Shown here piece after piece: positions 25,789 through 32,232 of a stretch of 32,232 nt of DNA. Origin of the DNA: an uncultured Candidatus Saccharibacteria bacterium. Lineage in GTDB: Bacteria > Patescibacteriota > Minisyncoccia > UBA6257 > UBA9933. The position numbers were made by a program, and so were the translations under genes. The notes below the pieces were generated by a model. That model had not been told where the DNA came from, searched no databases, and worked only from the letters and a program-made list of their open reading frames with translations. Location of the stretch: contig CAYIEH010000003.1 in the NCBI GenBank assembly GCA_964362385.1, positions 1-32,232 on the forward strand, given 5' to 3'. The first letter of the stretch is position 1; every line of letters begins with the position of its first letter.

Positions 25789-27131
25789 TGGAAAAAATTC
25801 TGCGGTTTTTCGAAAAATACATAATTCCTAAATCGCTTTATAAAGCGGGGCAGCCGATCTATCATTGGCTGTTGGGTTTTTTGGGCGCCTTGTTTTACGG
25901 TTTTCCGTCCAAAAAACTTTTCGTTATCGGAGTAACCGGCACTAAAGGCAAAACCACCACTTGTAATCTAATCGCTCAGATACTCAATTACACCGGAATT
26001 AAAACAGGAATGGTAACGACCGTAAATTTCAGAATAGGCAAAAAAGAATGGCTCAATGAAACAAAACAAACAATGCTTGGAAGATTCCAGCTCCAAAAAC
26101 TTATCGCGCAGATGGTGGAAGAGAAATGCAAATACGCGGTGGTTGAAACTTCTTCAGAAGGCATTCTCCAGCACCGCCATCAATTTATAGATTACAATGT
26201 CGCGGTCTTTACCAATCTTTCGCCCGAACACATTGAACGCCACGGCGGTTTTGAAAATTACCGCGCCGCCAAGATAAAACTTTTCAAAAAAGTCGCGAAA
26301 AAAGAAAATGGCATCGGCGTTTATAATTTGGACGATGAAAATTCGGGTTATTTTCTGGAGCCGAAAATTTCCAAACAATACGTCCATACTTTGCGTCTTT
26401 CAGACCATCTCGGCCAGATCGGGAATTTAAACCGCGTTACTGACATTGAAATCTCCACGCGGGGAACAAGATTCTCGTTCAATGGAGAAAAATTTGAAAT
26501 GCCGCTCATCGGCGAATTCAACGTCTACAACGCCGCAGCCGCGATTTCCGCGGTCCGGGCTTTGAATGTGCCTATGGGAACGATAAGGAAAGCGCTACTC
26601 AAAGTCCAACCGCCGCCGGGCAGATTGGAAATGGTAGACAAGGGACAAAAATTTACCGTCATTGTGGACTACGCCCACGAACCGTCAAGCTTGGAGACGA
26701 TTTATAAGACAATTCATAATTCCAAATTCATAATTCATAATTCAAAGCTTATATGTCTTTTGGGCGCGCAAGGGGGAGGAAGGGATAAATGGAAAAGACC
26801 GGAGATGGGCAAAATCGCAGGGAAGTATTGCGACAAAATTATTCTAACGAATGAAGACCCATACGACGAAAACCCGCTTCAAATTATAAATGATATTGAA
26901 AGCGGTTTTTTGCAAATGGCAAATGGCAAATGGCAAAGCGAAAAAAATTATTGGAAAATTATTGACAGGCGGGAGGCGATTAAAAAGGCGCTCTCACTCG
27001 CGAAAAAAGGAGACGTTGTTATTCTGACCGGCAAAGGCGGGGAGAGATGGATGTGTATTGAGAACGAGAATAAGATACCCTGGGACGAAAGGAAAATCGT
27101 AGAAGAAATTATAACCGAACAACGAATTTGA
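25788..27131 (+). CDS. murE: UDP-N-acetylmuramyl-tripeptide synthetase (Mur ligase)
   Basis: GVTGTKGKTT, ETSSEG, FTNL..EH, GRLE, VDYAH, GGRD..KRP.MG, EDPY.E. Confidence 0.92.
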   Translation: MEKILRFFEKYIIPKSLYKAGQPIYHWLLGFLGALFYGFPSKKLFVIGVTGTKGKTTTCNLIAQILNYTGIKTGMVTTVNFRIGKKEWLNETKQTMLGRFQLQKLIAQMVEEKCKYAVVETSSEGILQHRHQFIDYNVAVFTNLSPEHIERHGGFENYRAAKIKLFKKVAKKENGIGVYNLDDENSGYFLEPKISKQYVHTLRLSDHLGQIGNLNRVTDIEISTRGTRFSFNGEKFEMPLIGEFNVYNAAAAISAVRALNVPMGTIRKALLKVQPPPGRLEMVDKGQKFTVIVDYAHEPSSLETIYKTIHNSKFIIHNSKLICLLGAQGGGRDKWKRPEMGKIAGKYCDKIILTNEDPYDENPLQIINDIESGFLQMANGKWQSEKNYWKIIDRREAIKKALSLAKKGDVVILTGKGGERWMCIENENKIPWDERKIVEEIITEQRI

Positions 27132-27323
27132 ACGAATATTACGAATTCGTAATATTCGAGTTTATTCGCTGTTCGTATACATAATGAAATACGAAATTCT
27201 TCCGCATTCCATAAAAAGATTTTACTAAAATGGCGCGGGGGTTGGAGATAAAAATAAGAAGGTAAAAAAAGACCCTTGATTAACAAGTTAACAAGAGTCT
27301 TACACGGGTAGAGTTTTATGCTT

Positions 27324-27608
27324 TCAGAAAAGCGCGGGCTGAAGTCGCCTGCGCAACTCCTTAGCTTTTATTGCGCGTTGCCGGCCCATCATTATACCAA
27401 GGGCCATTTTTGCAGCCGTCTCATAGGCGACCTGCGGAACTTCGCATTCAGAAGGGTTAAAGATTCGCGCACCGATCTTTGATACGCCGATTTTTTTGAC
27501 TTTAACAATTTTATTGTCTTCCCAATCCGGCGCGAATTTAAGCAAAATATTTCCCACCCTGACTTCCACTAAAAATCCTTTTACGTCCTCGCATTGGATA
27601 TCATTCAT
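27324..27608 (-). CDS. Hypothetical protein
   Basis: 94 aa, AAGGAGG SD, ATGA overlap with the upstream ORF. Confidence 0.6.
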   Translation of the reverse strand: MNDIQCEDVKGFLVEVRVGNILLKFAPDWEDNKIVKVKKIGVSKIGARIFNPSECEVPQVAYETAAKMALGIMMGRQRAIKAKELRRRLQPALF

Positions 27609-27772
27609 TTCGTTGCGCCTCCTTTTTGCGGCTCAAGTCCATTCATAGGATTGGCCTCTTCTATTAGAGACGTTAACAACTCCTTATTTTCAGCAACTGC
27701 AACTATATAGCCGCAGTCACCGCATTTCCCTTTCTCATCCAAGTCGCCGTATTTACATAACGGGCATTTCAT
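27605..27772 (-). CDS. 55-aa zinc-ribbon small protein (not in ORF track)
   Basis: MKCPLCKYGDLDEKGKCGDCGY...; two CxxC motifs; GGAGG SD; overlaps both neighbours. Confidence 0.65.
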   Translation of the reverse strand: MKCPLCKYGDLDEKGKCGDCGYIVAVAENKELLTSLIEEANPMNGLEPQKGGATK

Positions 27773-27998
27773 TTTTTTTCCCTCCTTTTTTTCTCCGAGT
27801 GTCGGGAAATAATATCCGGAACACGCCAGTCAATCGGCACAGCGTTGCCGAGAGAATAATTCCGATAATTATTTTCATCCCATTGCTTGCAAAATTAATA
27901 TGCAAGAGTATTGAGGCGATTGCTAAAATCCCGAAGATTGTCATTAAAATGGCAACGACTTCATTGACAAAACTTTCTTCTAAATCTCTTTTCTGCAT
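27753..27998 (-). CDS. Small two-TM membrane protein
   Basis: 81 aa with two hydrophobic segments, GGGAGG SD, TTGACA promoter at ~28057-28062 on the minus strand. Confidence 0.6.
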   Translation of the reverse strand: MQKRDLEESFVNEVVAILMTIFGILAIASILLHINFASNGMKIIIGIILSATLCRLTGVFRILFPDTRRKKGGKKNEMPVM

Positions 27999-28176
27999 TT
28001 TTCCTCCCTATTTTATTTGTAATTTGTGTTTAAATTATATTGTATTTCATTAGATTTGTCAACCCCGTTAGAAGTGCGGCTTTTTATGCCGTAAAACCGC
28101 CTAATTTGAGAAAATCCATACAATATCTTACATTAATATAGACGAATTATCGCCATAATTATTACTCCATATCAAT

Positions 28177-28761
28177 ATGATTGAATATTATACAGAAGCG
28201 CTGGTTTTAGGCAAGGAAGATGTTAATGAAGCTGACGGCCTGGTTTATTTTTATACCAAAGACTTGGGCAAGGTCATTGGGAAAGCTAAAGGCGTTAGGA
28301 AAATGACGTCAAAATTAAACGCTCATTTAGAACCCCTTAATTTCGTAAACGTCCGCCTGGTCTCGGGAAAAAACCATTATTTCCAGATTGCCGACGCCTT
28401 GTCGTTTAAAACGGATTTGACAAAGAAGATAAAAAAATCGCCTCAAATTTTGTCCAAATTTTTGGGGATTGTTGATTTTATAAAAGAAGCGACTTTTGAA
28501 CTTCAGCCGGACTTTAATTTGTGGCAAACAATCAATAAGATGGTTTCTTCTGACATTAAAGAAATATCCGCTTTCAGGCTTATTTTAAAAGAACTGGGGT
28601 TTGACCCGGAATTTGCCGAATGCGGATTGTGCCGCAATAAAAATATCGTTTATTTTCTGAAAAAAGACCAGATTTTTTTATGCGAGAAATGCGGACATAG
28701 TTCCAAAATTCCCGAAAATGAATTAATATTAATAAACCCCGTTAGAGATCTGGCAATGTGA
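28177..28761 (+). CDS. recO: DNA repair protein RecO
   Basis: EAD..V..YTKDLGKV...AKGVRK..SKL..HLEP; LGF.P....C..C and C..C zinc finger. Confidence 0.92.
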   Translation: MIEYYTEALVLGKEDVNEADGLVYFYTKDLGKVIGKAKGVRKMTSKLNAHLEPLNFVNVRLVSGKNHYFQIADALSFKTDLTKKIKKSPQILSKFLGIVDFIKEATFELQPDFNLWQTINKMVSSDIKEISAFRLILKELGFDPEFAECGLCRNKNIVYFLKKDQIFLCEKCGHSSKIPENELILINPVRDLAM

Positions 28762-28864
28762 TATTTTCGTCTTCTTAAGCAAGAAGTGGCTTTAATATTA
28801 TTCTTAGTTAATGGTCAGAAAAAATTTTTGTTAAAAATTTTTTCTTGAAGATCTTTAACGAAGT
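28736..28864. mobile_element. Degenerate CCCCGTTAGA-family element overlapping the recO 3' end
   Basis: accccgttagagatct 28736-28751 versus agatctttaacgaagt 28849-28864 (13/16 complementary). Confidence 0.55.
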
Positions 28865-28909
28865 AAGGAAAACCGATAACTAACGGCCAATAGCTGAATT
28901 TAAAAAATT

Positions 28910-30763
28910 ATGTCTTTAGAAGATTTAGAAAAAAAATTATACGGACTTGGAAAGAACCAGAATGAAACAAATAAACCTGTTTCAAAAAATCAGGGAGAGG
29001 CTAAAAAAGAAGAAATAAGAAGCGAATGGGAAATTCAAAAAGCCGCTTCTGAATCCGGGGAACAAGTCCGGCAAGCATCGAGATTTTCTGAAAAATTCGG
29101 CATTTTTACCAAAACGATTTTTTGGCTGTCCGTGGTTTTAATAGTGGCCGGCGCCGGTTTTGCTTATTATTTCGTTTCCCAATATTACAAAAGCCGGGAC
29201 TTAAACTTTGAAGTAGAAGCTTCTTCTAAGGCAATAATTGCCCAACCTTTTGAAATCGCCGTCAATCTGGAAAATAAATCCCAAAGCGTTTTAAGAGATC
29301 CTAAGATTATGATTAAGTTGCCGGAGGGAGTTATAAGTTTGGATAAAAATCCCGATATGCAGATTATTGAAGAAGGATTAAGCGACATAAATCCCGGGAG
29401 TTTGGTAAAAAGAAAATTTAAAATCGTTATCGTTGAAGGCGAGCAGTCAATAAAAAAATTTGACGTCGGTTTTTCTTATATGCCGCCGAAACTAAACACC
29501 CGTTTTGAACAAAATAAAACAATTGAAATATCAACGGGCCAGCCCGCGATTGCCGTAAACCTCATAACTCCGCAAAAAGTTTTTAACAGAGAAGCATTTG
29601 AAATTGGCGTAAATTACCAAAACATCTCGGATTTTAATTTTCAAAAATCGCGTCTTCAGTTGGTAATTCCTTCAAACTTTATTTTTAAGGAAGCGTCTGT
29701 CAAGCCGACGCTTGGAACCAATGTCTGGAACTTAGGCCAAATTCCTCCAAAATCCCAAAGCAACATTATTATCAAGGGCGCTCTTGAAGGTCCTGACCAG
29801 TCGTTTTTTGAAATAAAGAGCCAGTTTTTCGTTTCTTTTAATCAGAAAGAATATTTAATCAGCGAAAAAACCGCCAGTTTAAGCATCGCTTCATCGCCTC
29901 TTTCTTTATCTGTTGTCGTTAACAACGATTCCAATTACATAGCGAAACCCGGCAATGACTTGGCTTATCAGATTAAATACCGGAACAATACCGAAATCGG
30001 CCTTAACGACGTTATCGTAAAAGCGAAATTAAGCGGCGAAATGTTTGATCTGGCGTCTCTGCAGACCCCGGGATTTTTTGATTCAAAAACCAATACTATT
30101 TTATGGAATGTTGCAAACAATCCGCAGTTTCAATTATTGCCGCCGGGAGTTGAAGGCGCGCTGAATTTCACCATAAAAACCAAAGATTATTATCCGATTA
30201 AAAGGTTGTTTGACAAGAATTTTGTTTTAAAAATTCAGGCGGAAATCAATTCCCCGACTGTTCCTTACAATGTTTCAAGCGACAAAACCGTGGGTTTCTC
30301 AAATTTAGAAACCAAGGTGGCGGGAAATGTTGATATTTTGGTTTCAGGAGATTATGTTAAGGGCTCTTATTCCCCCAAAGTTAATCAGCCGACGACTTAT
30401 AATATCCGCTGGATAATCAAAAATTATTCAACCAATGTCAAAGATGTAAGAATGAACGGGTTTTTGCAGTCAGGAGTAAAGTGGCTGAATATCGTTAAAA
30501 GCAATATTGACGCCATTCCTGTTTATAATGAAAGGACCGGCGAGGTGGCGTGGTCAATAGATAAGATTTCGGCGACAAAAGGGATAATTTCCAAACCCGT
30601 TGAAGCGACTTTCCAGGTTGAAGCAACGCCGAATATCACTCAAGCGGGCCAGGCGTTTATTATTTTGGGCGAGACGTTAATCTCGGCTGTCGATGAATTC
30701 ACCGGCCTTCAGATAAACAACAGAGTTGAGCTTTTAAAAACTGAAACAAATGTCGTTAATTAA
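28910..30763 (+). CDS. Membrane-anchored protein with Ig-like/DUF11-type repeats
   Basis: 617 aa, single TM near residues 68-90, repeated beta-rich units (PG..L.Y.I.Y.N, WNLG.I.P). Confidence 0.75.
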   Translation: MSLEDLEKKLYGLGKNQNETNKPVSKNQGEAKKEEIRSEWEIQKAASESGEQVRQASRFSEKFGIFTKTIFWLSVVLIVAGAGFAYYFVSQYYKSRDLNFEVEASSKAIIAQPFEIAVNLENKSQSVLRDPKIMIKLPEGVISLDKNPDMQIIEEGLSDINPGSLVKRKFKIVIVEGEQSIKKFDVGFSYMPPKLNTRFEQNKTIEISTGQPAIAVNLITPQKVFNREAFEIGVNYQNISDFNFQKSRLQLVIPSNFIFKEASVKPTLGTNVWNLGQIPPKSQSNIIIKGALEGPDQSFFEIKSQFFVSFNQKEYLISEKTASLSIASSPLSLSVVVNNDSNYIAKPGNDLAYQIKYRNNTEIGLNDVIVKAKLSGEMFDLASLQTPGFFDSKTNTILWNVANNPQFQLLPPGVEGALNFTIKTKDYYPIKRLFDKNFVLKIQAEINSPTVPYNVSSDKTVGFSNLETKVAGNVDILVSGDYVKGSYSPKVNQPTTYNIRWIIKNYSTNVKDVRMNGFLQSGVKWLNIVKSNIDAIPVYNERTGEVAWSIDKISATKGIISKPVEATFQVEATPNITQAGQAFIILGETLISAVDEFTGLQINNRVELLKTETNVVN

Positions 30764-30770
30764 AAATAAG

Positions 30771-32162
30771 ATGACTGAAAAAAAACAATCAATTTCGCCA
30801 AATGACGGAGCAGGGATAAAAGAAAATTTAATGGATAAGATTGTATCTTTGTGTAAAAGACGGGGATTTGTTTATCCTGGTTCGGAAATTTACGGCGGGC
30901 TAAAAGGAACTTGGGACTACGGCCCGCTTGGCGCTGAACTTAAATTTAATATCAAACAGGAATGGTGGAAAACAATAGTTAAGAACCGCGAAGATGTTGT
31001 CGGAATAAGCGCTTCTATATTAATGAACCCGAAAGTTTGGGACGCCTCAGGCCACACGGCCGGCTTCAACGATCCTTTAACAGAATGTAAAACTTGCCAT
31101 CAAAGGTTCCGAGCCGATCAAAATGATGTAATAGCAGAGCATGAAAAATGGCACAAAGAAAAGAAAGAAAAAGTGGAATGGACCGAAGTAAAAAAATTTA
31201 ACCTGCTGGTTGAAGCGAAAATCGGCGTGATTGAAGGCCAAAAAGAAACTGCGTATTTGAGAGGTGAAATAACGCAGGGTGTTCACGTAAATTTTAAAAA
31301 TGTTTTAAACAGCACTCGTCTTAAAATTCCTTTCGGCATAGCGCAAATCGGCAAGGCGTTTAGAAATGAAATTACACCCGGCAATTTTACTTACCGGTCA
31401 ATTGAATTTGAACAAATGGAGCTTCAGTATTACGTTAAACCCGACGAGAAAGAATCAATGAGACAATATGAATTTTGGAAAAATCTCCGCATGGATTGGT
31501 ACAAATCTCTGGGCATCAATCCCGATAATTTGAGATTCAGAGAACACGAGAAAAACGAACTTGCCCACTATGCGAAAGCGGCTTGGGATATAGAATATAA
31601 AACGCCATTCGGCTGGAGAGAATGCGAAGGCATACATCATAGAGGTGATTGGGATCTTTCGCGACACCAGCAATTTTCCGGCCAAGACCTTTCCTATTTC
31701 GACGAAGAAACAAAAGAAAAATATATCCCTTGGGTGATTGAAACGTCGGGCGGGACAGACAGAGCGATGTTATTCTTTTTAATTGACGCTTATTCGGAAG
31801 AAAAAGACCCCGCCTCCGCGAACGCTTCGGCGGGCAAGCGTATTATTTTAAAATTAAATCCTAAACTCGCGCCTTATAAAGCCGCAGTTTTTCCGCTTTT
31901 GGCAAACAAACCGCAACTAGTTGAATTGGCGCGGAAGATTCACGGCGATTTAAGAAAAGATTTTATGATTGCCTGGGACGACAGAGGCAACATCGGCAAA
32001 CGTTATTATTCCCAGGACGAAATCGGCACTCCGTATTGCATTACCGTTGATTTTGATTCACTTGAAAAAGGCGATGTGACTGTCCGCGACAGGGATACGA
32101 TGAAACAGGAGAGGATTAATATTCCAGCCTTACAAGATTATTTAAAGGAAAAGCTGAAATAA
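30771..32162 (+). CDS. glyQS: Glycine--tRNA ligase, homodimeric type
   Basis: LCKRRGF, EIYGG...WDYGPLG, GKAFRNEITP, EFEQME, QDEIGTP; start uncertain (30750, 30771 or 30831). Confidence 0.97.
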   Translation: MTEKKQSISPNDGAGIKENLMDKIVSLCKRRGFVYPGSEIYGGLKGTWDYGPLGAELKFNIKQEWWKTIVKNREDVVGISASILMNPKVWDASGHTAGFNDPLTECKTCHQRFRADQNDVIAEHEKWHKEKKEKVEWTEVKKFNLLVEAKIGVIEGQKETAYLRGEITQGVHVNFKNVLNSTRLKIPFGIAQIGKAFRNEITPGNFTYRSIEFEQMELQYYVKPDEKESMRQYEFWKNLRMDWYKSLGINPDNLRFREHEKNELAHYAKAAWDIEYKTPFGWRECEGIHHRGDWDLSRHQQFSGQDLSYFDEETKEKYIPWVIETSGGTDRAMLFFLIDAYSEEKDPASANASAGKRIILKLNPKLAPYKAAVFPLLANKPQLVELARKIHGDLRKDFMIAWDDRGNIGKRYYSQDEIGTPYCITVDFDSLEKGDVTVRDRDTMKQERINIPALQDYLKEKLK

Positions 32163-32232
32163 ATTTTTAATTTCTAAATGCTCAAAATTTTAGTTAAATT
32201 TTATGACTAAAAATTTAAAAAATTTTGGCATT

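Noticed and set aside
5275-31685. Numerous short antisense or alternate-frame ORFs overlapping core genes
   Set aside because: Shadow ORFs of well-supported genes, with no motifs or initiation signals

Overview
A chromosomal segment of a small-genome bacterium. Gene content and style suggest Patescibacteria/CPR (Parcubacteria-like): TGS-less ThrRS, homodimeric GlyRS, DUF11-type surface protein and core genes without Shine-Dalgarno (SD) sites. This assignment is inference. Core genes (mtaD-like partial, xer recombinase, yraN, tsaE, rpsI, rplM, fusA, rpsG, rpsL, dedA, thrS, dnaE, rpsO, NYN protein, pnp, rpsT, ruvA, murE, recO, glyQS) alternate with small orphan genes that have strong SD sites. 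The most interesting signal is non-coding. (1) An intact tRNA-Val(TAC), bounded by 12-bp inverted repeats, sits inside the anticodon loop of a second, decayed tRNA-Val-like gene. (2) Several ~100-130 bp elements have GC-rich RCC...GGT inverted termini; one occurs twice, after rpsL and after rpsO. (3) A non-autonomous IS200/IS605-type element has IS608-like end signals. (4) The rpsI 3' end is duplicated and decayed. (5) GC-rich palindromes and 7-mer tandem arrays lie inside the open reading frames of essential genes. (6) There are two long structured RNA candidates and a cluster of parS-like half-sites between the xer gene and a LAGLIDADG gene. All coordinates and pairings were read by eye, and no searches were run.
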